A stretch of 64,000 nt of DNA, from contig JAPPII010000010.1 of NCBI GenBank assembly GCA_028820845.1, positions 15,537-79,536 on the forward strand, written 5' to 3'. A program made the translations under genes and the position numbers. The notes beneath the pieces were generated by a model. That model worked only from the letters and a program-made list of their open reading frames with translations. It searched no databases and had not been told where the DNA came from. Source of the DNA: Candidatus Poribacteria bacterium (lineage in GTDB: Bacteria > Poribacteria > WGA-4E > WGA-3G). The stretch's first letter is position 1. The number at the start of each line of letters is the position of its first letter. Positions 1-11,700 of the stretch are shown here, in pieces.

Positions 1-1
1 T

Positions 2-940
2 AAGGGGGCTACAACCAAAGATGGAGATTTTCTCGAGCATATTTTCGTTGCGACTGCGCACCAGAATATCCTCTTTTTCACAGATTTGGGTAAGTGTTAT
101 ACGCTAAAAGTTCACCAAATTCCCGAAGCGCGCAGACAGTCAGCCGGTCGTGCAGTCGTTAACCTACTGCGCTTAGCACAAGGTGAAAACATCACCGCAT
201 ACGTCCCAGTTCCACCTAAAGCTAAAGTTGCTGATACGAATGGAGACGGGACCACGGAGGACACTTTTGTCTTTATGGCGACGCACCGAGGTATCGTCAA
301 AAAGACGGCACTCGCCAGTTTTGAGAACACTTTGTCAAGCGGCATCATCGCCGTTAAACTTGATGACGGGGACAAACTTATTGGTGCGCAAGTGACGGAC
401 GGTACGTCCGATATTGTCCTTGTTACGCATAAAGGTGTCGCTATTCGATTCAGTGAGGAAGACGTTAGACCGCTTGGACGCAACACACGCGGTGTCCGCG
501 GCATAGAACTCGGGGACGATGATTTCACCGCGCAAATGGTTATTGTTAAGAGTGAGCCTCCTGAAGAGGCGCGACCGAAACGAAGCCGTGCTCTCAAAGA
601 GGACTTGCTGATTGTTACTGAAAATGGATACGGCAAACGCACGGCTGTTGCTGCTTACCGTGTCCAAAAACGGGGTGGTAAAGGCATCATTGCCATTGGA
701 AAATCAACCCGAAATGGAGCGGTTGTTGCTGCAATGCGCGTCGCTAAGACCGATGAGCTCGTCCTCATTAGTTCAAACGGGTACGTGACCCGAACGGCAG
801 TTTCAGATATTCGACGCATCGGGCGGAATACGCAAGGGGTCCGTATTATGGCACTACAAAACGAGGAAACACTTGTTGATGCCGCCAAAATTGAACTCTC
901 CTCCTCTCTACTTAACGGAGGATCTAATTCGGAGGAATAG
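2..940 (+). CDS. gyrA: DNA gyrase subunit A, C-terminal beta-pinwheel domain (5' partial, gene starts upstream of window)
   Basis: Frame is open from base 2 (KGATTKDGDFLEHIFVATAHQNILFFTDLGKCYTLKVHQIPEA...). Repeated blade motifs GRNTRGVRGI / GRNTQGVRIM are typical of the GyrA CTD. TAG stop at 938-940. Confidence 0.9.
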   Translation, partial: KGATTKDGDFLEHIFVATAHQNILFFTDLGKCYTLKVHQIPEARRQSAGRAVVNLLRLAQGENITAYVPVPPKAKVADTNGDGTTEDTFVFMATHRGIVKKTALASFENTLSSGIIAVKLDDGDKLIGAQVTDGTSDIVLVTHKGVAIRFSEEDVRPLGRNTRGVRGIELGDDDFTAQMVIVKSEPPEEARPKRSRALKEDLLIVTENGYGKRTAVAAYRVQKRGGKGIIAIGKSTRNGAVVAAMRVAKTDELVLISSNGYVTRTAVSDIRRIGRNTQGVRIMALQNEETLVDAAKIELSSSLLNGGSNSEE

Positions 941-946
941 TTATCA

Positions 947-981
947 GTTTTTCAGTTACCAGACACTGGAAACTGAAAAAC
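947..981 (+). terminator. Long hairpin built from word repeats, 6 nt after the gyrA stop (possible terminator, no U-tract)
   Basis: gtttttcagtt a ccag aca ctgg a aactgaaaaac: 15 bp with one A-A mismatch. Confidence 0.3.
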
Positions 982-997
982 CGACAACCCTAAAAAA

Positions 998-2716
<1,719 letters not shown>

Positions 2717-2753
2717 CAGATTAGCAATTAGCAGTTAGGGCGTTCCGCTGCGC
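2717..2753 (+). repeat. Post-stop word repeat (CAGATTAGCAATTAGCAGTTAG) ending in a GGGCGTTCCGCTGCGC box
   Basis: Starts 1 nt after the TAG stop. The box recurs at 19102, 31689 (inverted) and 49926 (inverted). Confidence 0.8.
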
Positions 2754-2765
2754 AAATTAAAAAAA

Positions 2766-4448
2766 ATGAAAAATATAACCCTGCTTTTCATTGCTATGCT
2801 ATTGCCTTTAGGCTTGCCGCTCGGAAGTTCGGCGTACGTTTGCGGTACACCGGAGTTAACTGCTGGATGGAAGACTGGAAGCGAAGAAGGATGGAACGAA
2901 GTTCCTTCCGCTCCTGAGCTGCCCGCTGCTCCGGCACTACCTGTCGGGACAGAACGGACCTTCTTCGCACCTGATTTCAGAAGTATGCAGCAATACAGGG
3001 TTTCTACGGTACTGCGCGGTGTAGGCAATTTCTGTTATGTTTTCGTTGAGGATACTGAATGGAATACACGCGTTACCGCCGCTACTGTTCAGGCGATAAT
3101 TCGCGCTTTTGACGCAGCTGTACCGATGAATCCACAACGCGGAATTTACCTGACACTCACGGAAATCTTCGGTGCTCCGCCCGATATTGATAGAAATGGA
3201 AGGATTATCTTACTTCTGCTCAATATCCGAGATAAAGACAATGGCAATCAATATACAGCAGGTTTTTTCAATCCAGCAGATCAGAGCCGAGGTGTTCTTA
3301 GACACCCTGGATTTCGTGGCTTTCCGATTCGCAGTAACGAAGGTGAAATACTGTATATCGATACACACCCGCTGAATCCGAATAGCGAAACCGCTCATAA
3401 TGTTGTCGCACATGAATTTCAGCATATTATCAATTGGACACACGATGCTAAAGAAGCGACTTGGGTTGATGAAGGTTGTGCAGAGTACGCCTCATTTCTC
3501 TGTGGATACTCGCTCCAAGAACATATAACTGCCTTCGAGAAAGCACCGACTATTTCGCTCGTCACATGGCCCGACGCAGGCGGTAATTTGCTGCCCCACT
3601 ACGGTGCTGCTTTCTTGTGGATGCTCTATCTACATGAACAGTATGGCGGTATAGCAACGGTGACTGAAATCGTTCAGAATCGTGGAACATCCTTCACCGG
3701 TATCGCTGATGTCCTCGCATCGCAGGGTGTCCATCAAACGGTCTCCGACATCTTTATTTCATGGAAACTTGCTAATTACTTGTCTGATTATCGGGCAGTA
3801 AATCTCTCTTTATCACCCCGTCGCTGGCACCGTTCCTACCCGAGTGGCACACAAGATGGAGAATTGGGCAATTTTTCAGCGGATTACATTGGGTTTGAAA
3901 ATGCTGGTGGATTAACAATAGGATTTTCCAGCGGTTCCGTGTCGAATACTGCTGTCCACGCTATTGAGTTCCACACCACCGGGGCTGTTGAGGTTCGGGA
4001 GATGGCATTATCTACGAGTAACACGGGTTCTCTCGTCCTACCAACCACCGTTACGGAGGCAGTCCTCGTTCCGAGCCTACAGAGGGATACGCCCAGCTTC
4101 CATTCAGAGAACAAAAAGTACCAATATAGTGGGACACGCGGTGCCCATATTGCATTTACCACGACGGCTCTCCCTAACGCCGTACATCCGCGCTACTGGG
4201 ACATTATCGCTAAACCGAGTGAACCACTTGTTGGGTTAACGCCTATGGTGACCTTAATGCTCCACAACAATAAAGCGGAGCAGCTGTACCGTGAAGCACA
4301 AGCGATGTACCAAGTAACGCGAGACGCTCAGGACAACCACCTGTATCGATTCTCGTTTCTGCTTGAACCGGAAATAGAACCCGAATCTATCAGATACCAA
4401 ATCTCGCTTGATTCAAGAATTGTTGACACAGGTACGCTAACGGAGTAA
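2766..4448 (+). CDS. Secreted zinc metalloprotease-like protein (HExxH, MA-clan/M30-like)
   Basis: Signal peptide MKNITLLFIAMLLPLGLPLGSSA. HEFQH motif (VVAHEFQHIINW) followed by WVDEGCAEY. Confidence 0.6.
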   Translation: MKNITLLFIAMLLPLGLPLGSSAYVCGTPELTAGWKTGSEEGWNEVPSAPELPAAPALPVGTERTFFAPDFRSMQQYRVSTVLRGVGNFCYVFVEDTEWNTRVTAATVQAIIRAFDAAVPMNPQRGIYLTLTEIFGAPPDIDRNGRIILLLLNIRDKDNGNQYTAGFFNPADQSRGVLRHPGFRGFPIRSNEGEILYIDTHPLNPNSETAHNVVAHEFQHIINWTHDAKEATWVDEGCAEYASFLCGYSLQEHITAFEKAPTISLVTWPDAGGNLLPHYGAAFLWMLYLHEQYGGIATVTEIVQNRGTSFTGIADVLASQGVHQTVSDIFISWKLANYLSDYRAVNLSLSPRRWHRSYPSGTQDGELGNFSADYIGFENAGGLTIGFSSGSVSNTAVHAIEFHTTGAVEVREMALSTSNTGSLVLPTTVTEAVLVPSLQRDTPSFHSENKKYQYSGTRGAHIAFTTTALPNAVHPRYWDIIAKPSEPLVGLTPMVTLMLHNNKAEQLYREAQAMYQVTRDAQDNHLYRFSFLLEPEIEPESIRYQISLDSRIVDTGTLTE

Positions 4449-4660
4449 TATTATAGCAGATAGCCGATAGCGAACCGCGAACTGCTAACAGCAATTCGTT
4501 AATGGTTCTTGGTTGATAGTCATTAGTTAAGAGTCTGTCCGTTAAAGGAAACCTTCTTAACCAACAACCAATAACCCGGGGAATGCCATACGGCATTCAT
4601 ACCGTTGATTACGACTAACAACTATATGCGAATAGCGAACCGCTATAAAAAAGGGGTAAA
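4447..4660 (+). repeat. Composite intergenic repeat block (word runs plus a conserved core with GGGGAATGCCATACGG)
   Basis: Contains agcgaaccgcgaactgc and gcgaatagcgaaccgc words. The core at 4578-4622 matches the reverse complement of 31612-31657. Confidence 0.8.
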
Positions 4661-4662
4661 AC

Positions 4663-5634
4663 ATGCAATCTACACTTTATGCAGGAACTATTGGACAAAG
4701 TGTCTGGCGCAGCACCGACAACGGTGATACTTGGGGTCGAGTGAGTAACGGACTCTTTCCGGAAGCCGATATTCGTGCTTTAGCCGTTAGTCCCAGTAAC
4801 CCAGACACGCTCTACGCCGGTACCGAAAACGGCATTTTCCAGACCAACAACGCTGCGGAGTCGTGGCACCATCTTCCAAGCCCCATGGATGGACGGGAAG
4901 TCTGGGCGATTGCCATTGATCTGAACGCACCTGACACGGTCTATGCTGGAACGTGCCCTTCTGCACTTTTCAAATCTACGGATGGAGGTGCTAACTGGAA
5001 GCAGCTCAACGTCGATTTGGCAGAAGAGTGCGAAGGTGTCCCGATTATTCCGCGTGTCACAACTTTCGTGATTGATCCCAACGATTCGCAAACACTCTAC
5101 GCTGGGATCGAAATTGATGGAATGCGTCTCAGCACCGATGGCGGGGAAACATGGACTGAGCGCAGTGAGGGTCTCAGTAGCTTGGATATTCATGGGCTTT
5201 GTGTAGTCCCGGGTTCCCCGAAGACTATCGTCGCTGCAACGAATAACGATGTCTGTGTGACAACAGATATGGGACAGCAGTGGACACCACTGAATGTTAA
5301 AGCGCACTATCCATGGCCATACTGCCGTGCAGCTTTCTTTTTGAACGGTGATGCAGGTCGTGTATTTATCGGAGCAGGGAACGGACCTCCGGGCGATCAA
5401 GGCGGTATTTTTTCAACACGTGACGCTGGCAAATCGTGGACCCGAGCGGACATCGGTCGAACTGCCAACAGCACGATTTGGTGCTTCGCCCACAACCCGA
5501 ATGCTAACGACCTTCTTATCGCTTGTAGCGTAAGCGGGCAGCTTTATCGGAGCACAGATGCGGGTGATTCTTGGACAAAACTCTCACATGAATTCGGAGA
5601 GGTCCGGGCATTAGCGATCGCCGCTTCCGGGTAG
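4663..5634 (+). CDS. BNR/Asp-box repeat beta-propeller protein (Ycf48/sialidase-like fold)
   Basis: Five SxDxGxxW boxes: STDNGDTW, STDGGANW, STDGGETW, TRDAGKSW, STDAGDSW. Confidence 0.8.
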   Translation: MQSTLYAGTIGQSVWRSTDNGDTWGRVSNGLFPEADIRALAVSPSNPDTLYAGTENGIFQTNNAAESWHHLPSPMDGREVWAIAIDLNAPDTVYAGTCPSALFKSTDGGANWKQLNVDLAEECEGVPIIPRVTTFVIDPNDSQTLYAGIEIDGMRLSTDGGETWTERSEGLSSLDIHGLCVVPGSPKTIVAATNNDVCVTTDMGQQWTPLNVKAHYPWPYCRAAFFLNGDAGRVFIGAGNGPPGDQGGIFSTRDAGKSWTRADIGRTANSTIWCFAHNPNANDLLIACSVSGQLYRSTDAGDSWTKLSHEFGEVRALAIAASG

Positions 5635-5683
5635 TCCATTTCCAGTAATGAATGATAACCTTGAATGGAATGTCGGATAAAAG

Positions 5684-5712
5684 TTGACGTATTTCTGTAA
5701 TTTTGGTATGCT
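5684..5712 (+). promoter_or_regulatory. Sigma-70-type promoter TTGACG-N17-TATGCT preceding a structured leader or sRNA candidate
   Basis: ttgacgtatttctgtaattttggtatgct read directly, about 290 nt upstream of the lipoprotein start. Confidence 0.45.
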
Positions 5713-5998
5713 TTTAGCAAAATGTGAGGCAAAGACACGTTGTGCTTCAAGAGCACAATGGGGTTTCCAACGAATATCGGCGCGATTTAGCAATCGCGCC
5801 AACAAGTTGGACAGGGTCTATAGGCTCGCTCGTTGGGAACCCTAAATTTGTCTTAGCCCAAGACATCGGACGCTCCATCACGGGAGTAAAGGAAAGACTT
5901 TTAGAGCACACATTGTAAAGTTAAGTCAAGTTTTTGGCTCTGATTGGTAGAAAATTTGGCTTGAAAATTACACCGAAAATTATAGGAGGCACACTTCA

Positions 5999-6772
5999 GT
6001 GACACGTTTCTTTACAATTCTACTTATACCGCTTCTCTGCCTGGCAATGATGGGCTGTGGGCCAGACGAACCAAAGATCACAACGCCACCGCCAATCACC
6101 GATGCGAAGCGGATTGCTGTCACGCCGTTCTTCACTGAGGCGGAGGCGGAAGATATAAGCAAATTAGGGACGCGTATCAGCGTCAACCTTGCGACCCGTC
6201 TCGAACTCATCTTCAAGGAAGCAGAGTGGGTTTATGACCTCTCAAACAAAGTTAAACCGGTCGATGATAAACTCGGAGAATTGGGGTTGACCCTGAATCA
6301 GATTTACGCTGACCCAGCGTTGGCGGCGAAGCTTGGACAGTCACTTGATACTGATATGATTATCATTGGCATGGTTGAGTCACCGAAATTAACTCGGCAG
6401 GATTACGATCAGCACCTGATGAAGCAGGGGAGTCAGGGCGGAATTTCAGGGACATCCACTTATATCCGCACCCGTCTTACGGCTCTTGGGCGTGTTTGGG
6501 TCAAGGTTGTTGATTCTGGCTCTGGCGAACTTATCTTTAGCAATGGCATTCGTTCCTATCTCAAGTATTGGTACGCCTATCAGACTCAGCAGAGCGAACA
6601 GATAATCTTTAAGAGCGATGTAGATAGACTCGCCGATTTGGGAAAATATCTCCCACTCAGAATTGCTTATATGCTCCATCCAACTGGGTTAAAGTTGGAA
6701 CAAGAACAGCAGATTCTGCTTAAACCGGATATTATCCTCAAGGGAACGGGCGGTATCGTTGAATTTAATTAG
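5999..6772 (+). CDS. Hypothetical lipoprotein
   Basis: GTG start 10 nt after AGGAGG. Lipobox LAMMGC in MTRFFTILLIPLLCLAMMGCG. Confidence 0.6.
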   Translation: MTRFFTILLIPLLCLAMMGCGPDEPKITTPPPITDAKRIAVTPFFTEAEAEDISKLGTRISVNLATRLELIFKEAEWVYDLSNKVKPVDDKLGELGLTLNQIYADPALAAKLGQSLDTDMIIIGMVESPKLTRQDYDQHLMKQGSQGGISGTSTYIRTRLTALGRVWVKVVDSGSGELIFSNGIRSYLKYWYAYQTQQSEQIIFKSDVDRLADLGKYLPLRIAYMLHPTGLKLEQEQQILLKPDIILKGTGGIVEFN

Positions 6773-6900
6773 ATAGTCCATCAATTCGTGGCGTGGTTTG
6801 CAACCTTTTGCTTCAAAAGTGGAGGGGACTCCGCAGTAAAGAGGGGAACCCCAGTTTGCAACCGCGCCTACTCTATGGATTGCAAATATATAAGCACAAA

Positions 6901-7377
6901 CTAAGCACGCGAAGTTTTTAAAAAGAAACGCTCAATCTGGTTGGTATAGGCTTCCCCATACTTCAACAATTCCCAAGAGGCATCGTACAATTCAGATGGT
7001 GGGAGTTCTTGATACGGGTTGGCGATGCTTTCGTAGTAGTCCAAAGCCTTCATGAAAAAGTCCAGCGTTTCTCTATCAATGGTGCTGTTTTGATGTAAGG
7101 CGCGAAAACTGTGATGCTTTTGCAGTGGCGGCGTTTGTCCGCTAAATTCGATGATAACGTTGTTGATATCCACAGCACGTTGGATAATCATGAGGAAGCA
7201 ACTTTTAACGTAGGAGTGTGTAATCCGGTCTCCCTCAACGTATTCTTCTCGGTTCGCAGGCAGCCCATGCCGTAATTGGTCGAAACATTCGCTTATGGAT
7301 TCCAGTTTCGCTTTCACTGGGTTGAATCGACGCGACGCTAACTTTTTAGACCCTTTTTTTGTATTTCTTTTTTTCAT
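6901..7377 (-). CDS. DUF86/HepT-like HEPN-domain protein with degenerate Rx4-6H motif
   Basis: 158-aa ORF whose helix pattern (MIIQRAVDINNVIIE ... FRALHQNSTIDRETLDFFMKALDYYESIANPY) matches the DUF86 layout. The RNxxxHxY position reads YESIANPY. Confidence 0.45.
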   Translation of the reverse strand: MKKRNTKKGSKKLASRRFNPVKAKLESISECFDQLRHGLPANREEYVEGDRITHSYVKSCFLMIIQRAVDINNVIIEFSGQTPPLQKHHSFRALHQNSTIDRETLDFFMKALDYYESIANPYQELPPSELYDASWELLKYGEAYTNQIERFFLKTSRA

Positions 7378-7621
7378 CGTGTTTTCCTCCTTTCAGATGC
7401 ATTCTAATTTTTTATCCTTTTTGTTTTTTAGACGTTGGTACGCCCAAAAGGTTGTAATCTTCTTTTTCCTACGCTTCCGTTTCTATACAAGTCCCGCCGC
7501 GCACCTACCAACCAGAGCCGCGACATATCCGTGCGCCGGTCCTACCTACACTTCGGAAACAGTTTTTTTTTGAAGAAAACCGATATGAAATAAGACAAAT
7601 ATGATGAATTGGAGAAAAAAG

Positions 7622-8605
7622 ATGAAAGCAATTATCAGAACCGGCGATGGTGGACCAGAAGTCTTACAATTGGCTGAAGCACCATCACCCACACCAACAG
7701 CAACGCAACTTTTGGTGGATGTGCATGCGACTGCTTTGAATCGTGCCGACCTGATTCAACGTCGAGGCGGCTATCCCCCACCGCCTGGTGAATCCGAAAT
7801 ACTCGGTCTGGAGATTGCGGGTACCGTTTCAGAAGCAGGTGCTGCCGTAGAGAACGGGATTTCCAAAGGCGATCGAGTCTTCGGGCTTGTCGGAGGCGGT
7901 GGCTATGCAGAACAGGCTGTTATTGATTACCGCATGGCGATGCCTATACCTGATGAGTGGAGTTTTGAACAAGCCGCTGCAGTTCCCGAAGTCTTTTTTA
8001 CGGCAAACGAAAATATCTTCACGTTGGGCAAATTATCAGCAGGTGAGACAATCCTAATTCATGCCGGTGGAAGCGGGGTCGGTAGTGCCGGAATTCAGAT
8101 TTCACGGCATGCGGGTGCCACGGTCTTTGTCACTGCCGGAACATCGGAAAAAATCGATAAATGCCAGGCACTTGGCGCAACAGAGGGGATCAACTACAAA
8201 ACAACTGACTTCGTTGCCGAAATCCAACGTTTAACCGATGGACAGGGCGTTGATGTCGTTTTAGACTTTATTGGTGCTCCGTACCTTGAGCGGAACCTCT
8301 CTATCCTCAAAACAAAGGGGAGACTCCTGCAAGTCGGATTGATCGCTGGGGCGACCGCGGAAATTAATCTTGGCGCGGTGATGTGCAACCGACTCCAGAT
8401 TACCGGATCGGTTATGAGACCGCAATCCATTGACGAAAAGATTGCTATTACACAGCGTTTCGTTGAACGATGGTTGCCAGAATTGAAACATGGCGCGCTA
8501 CAGCCGATTATTGATACCGTCTTTCCGCTCGCCGAGGCACGGCAGGCGCACGAGTATATGGAAGCGAATCGCAATTTTGGTAAAATTCTTTTGAAAGTAG
8601 GATAG
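7622..8605 (+). CDS. NAD(P)H:quinone oxidoreductase, zinc-independent MDR family
   Basis: GGAG lies 7 nt upstream of the ATG at 7622. MKAIIRTGDGGPEVLQL, AGGSGVGSAGIQ nucleotide-binding motif, C-terminal GKILLKV. Confidence 0.85.
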   Translation: MKAIIRTGDGGPEVLQLAEAPSPTPTATQLLVDVHATALNRADLIQRRGGYPPPPGESEILGLEIAGTVSEAGAAVENGISKGDRVFGLVGGGGYAEQAVIDYRMAMPIPDEWSFEQAAAVPEVFFTANENIFTLGKLSAGETILIHAGGSGVGSAGIQISRHAGATVFVTAGTSEKIDKCQALGATEGINYKTTDFVAEIQRLTDGQGVDVVLDFIGAPYLERNLSILKTKGRLLQVGLIAGATAEINLGAVMCNRLQITGSVMRPQSIDEKIAITQRFVERWLPELKHGALQPIIDTVFPLAEARQAHEYMEANRNFGKILLKVG

Positions 8606-8611
8606 CGGAAT

Positions 8612-8690
8612 AGTTATCGGTTATCGGTTGTCAGTTATCAGTTAAAGAGGTTTTTAAATCAAGCAGATAATCTCTTAACCGACGACCGAA
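8612..8690 (+). repeat. Post-stop word repeat (AGTTATCGGTTATCGGTTGTCAGTTATCAGTTAAAGAG) with an imperfect hairpin
   Basis: Read directly, just after the quinone oxidoreductase stop. Confidence 0.75.
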
Positions 8691-8753
8691 AGGAACTCTG
8701 TACAATAGATTTCCGTATCGATTCCTGACAGCCCACGGAAACGAACAAAATAA

Positions 8754-11700
8754 ATGACGCAATTACTCTCACAACAAACAGAAGCGGCACACAAACCTAT
8801 ACGTACACAATTTCGGCTTGCGATCATACTGTCCCTTCTTTTTTTTCTATGTATAGGTAGCGCGACCGCACGGCTTACTCAAGTCACATCAGAGAGCGGA
8901 ATTACCGTTCAATTCACCTTGCCGGAACTAACTATCTCTGAGGTAGTTCGAGACAGGGTCCGCTATCAAGAGGTCCATTACGACGACAGCCGCTTTACCA
9001 ATGAACCCGGTAATCCCAAAGTTCCAGTCACACGGTTGATGTTAGGTATACCGGCGTCAGTTGAAATCGAAGCAATTGATATTTCTGCGGCTCCAGCTGA
9101 GACACGTACCGGTATTCGTCTCGTGCCGGTCTCTATTTTCGATGTGCAGGAACGCAACTCACAACACGCAGCGACACAACACTGGGTAGAAAGCGGTAGT
9201 GCCTATCAATCGACTGGAAACGCTTCCTATCCGGGATTCCCACTTGCCCGCGTCGTCCGGGAAGGTTACATTCGCAGCCAACGCGTCATTGCGGTGGCAT
9301 TGTATCCTGTGCAGTATCTGCCGAGAACCCGTCAATTGCGCCTGTACTCACACCTTACGGTGAACATCCGGTTTTCCAGTAGCGGTCAGCAGTCAGCGGT
9401 CAGCAGTCGGTCAAGAGGAATTAGTGGCAGTGAAGTGGGACACAATCGCCCCACATTGATAGCCGAATCAGAAGCCTTTGAACGTGCCTTGTCCCATCAA
9501 CTTCTCAATGCTGAGCAGGCGCGTAATTTCAGAGTGCCCCGTCCCGTGATGCCTGCAGCACCGGCACTCATTCCTGATGAGACTTCCGATAGTGTCCGCT
9601 TTAAATTATTCGTCGAAGAAACCGGGGTCTATACTGTAACAGCAGAAGCCCTACAGCAGGATTGGGGGATAGAGCTCGTTGGCGCAGATCCAAGGCAACT
9701 TCGACTCACGCACGAGAGTAGAAATATTCCTATCTACATTAGCGGCGCAGGCGACGGCCGTTTTGATCCAGAAGATGCCATCTTTTTCCTTGGACATAAA
9801 CCGAAAAACCGCTATAGTCGTTGGAATATCTATTGGCTCACGCTTGACAATAGGCGGCGCACCTCTGCGCGGGTCCCACAGGTTACTGTCAGCCCCACAG
9901 ATCCAACAGCGACACAAGTCCCTACCTTCCGCTCTAAACTAACCTTTGAAGAGAATTATCTCACGAATAACCTTGAATTTGTATACACAAACACCGTTTC
10001 TCCCGGTAATAAACATGGGTGGTTTGAAGCATTGGATTTCTGGTACTGGGATGGTATCAAAAATGGAAGCGATGTTGGCGAAATGCGCCTTGAGTTTCCG
10101 CTCTATGATGTTGCAAAAAGTTTCGACCCGCTGCACATTTCCGTCGATTTGCAAGGTGGCACACCGGTATCCCATGAAATCTTAGTCGCTATCAACGGGG
10201 TCCGAATAGAGTTTGCGAAATGGAAACAGCAGGACACGCTCACTGTCCAACGGACTTTACGGGCATGGGATACACTCAAAGATAATAGGAACGGCGAACA
10301 AAATGTCTTGTCCCTTGCCCGTGTTGATGATAACGTTGACGAAGACACAACCCGCTATCCGTATCATGTCTATCTCAACCGTTTTTCTGTTGAGTATACC
10401 CGCCTCTTCCGCGCAGTTTCTGATGAACTGTGGTTCACATCACCTACCCCAGATGAAACTTCACAGACGAAACCTACGGGTGGGCGCAAACTTCAGTATG
10501 AAATTAAGGCGTTTGGCGACCCGGGTGTACATATTTTTGAGACAGATGGCAATGTGCTCACTGCTCGGATGCAAGGGGTTACGGTGGAGACGGACATAGA
10601 AAACCCTAATTCCTATAACGCGCTTTTCCAGATGCTCGACACCCGAAACGCCGAGTTTGTTGCGGTTTCTGATACTGCGTTGCGTCAGCCAGAGCGTATT
10701 GAAATCATCGGACCTACGGATTTAGCCACTGCGAATCACGGTGCCGATTATTTGGTCGTGACACATTCAAAATTCCTATCTGCAGCGGAAAGATTAGCAG
10801 CGTGGCGCGCAACGCCTGGCGGTGGCGGATATCGTACGAGGGTCGTTACAACGGATGAGATCTACAATACATTTGGCGGTGGCGCGGTCAGCCCTAAGGC
10901 AATCAAGGCGTTTCTGACCCACGCTTATCAATCTTGGGCACCACCCGCGCTGTCTTACGTTGTCTTTTTTGGCGATGGAACGTTTGATTTTCGCGGTGTT
11001 GACACAGAAATTCACCTCGAACCCCCCGAACTCGATGGTTACATTCCAACACACTATATCCGAACGGATTCATTTGGTCGAACTGCCGCCGATCACTGGT
11101 ACGCGACGGTTTCAGGACACGATGAATTCACCGATTTCTACATCGGGAGGCTCAGCGTTGAAACTGTCAGCCAATCGGAGACTGTTGTTGATAAAATATT
11201 GGCTTATGAACAGAGTCCACCCAGTGGAGATTGGCGTAGGAAGATTATCTCTGTCGCTGACGATGAAGTTAGTAACTCTGGGGATTTTATCTTCAAGAAG
11301 AGTCTCAACGAAATTGCGAAAGACCACACCCGTTTAGGCTATGAGACCATTGAAGTCTTTCTCGAAGATGTCATCGACGAAGTTGAGGCGCGTCCAGCCG
11401 ATTATGCAAACATCTTGCCCCGCTATGTCGCGAGGGAGAGGATTATCAAGGCACTCGGAGAAGGAGCGGTCTTGGCGCAATACGCTGGCCATGGCGGTAG
11501 GACTGTCTGGACGCACGAGTCAATATTTGACAACGCAGACGTTGAGGAGGTTGAGGAGACGGCAAAGATCCCTTTCATGTTGGTGCTCAGCTGCTATAAT
11601 GGCTATTTTGATAAACCGGGTGAACCCAGCATGGCGGAGAAGTTATTGCGAAAAGAGAGAGGCGGTATCATCGGTATGCTGAGTGCCACACGTCTCACTT

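Noticed and set aside
5761-5842. tRNA or tRNA-like gene
   Set aside because: It has a 13-bp closing stem and one internal hairpin. It lacks a T-loop (GTTCRA), D-arm and anticodon-arm geometry.
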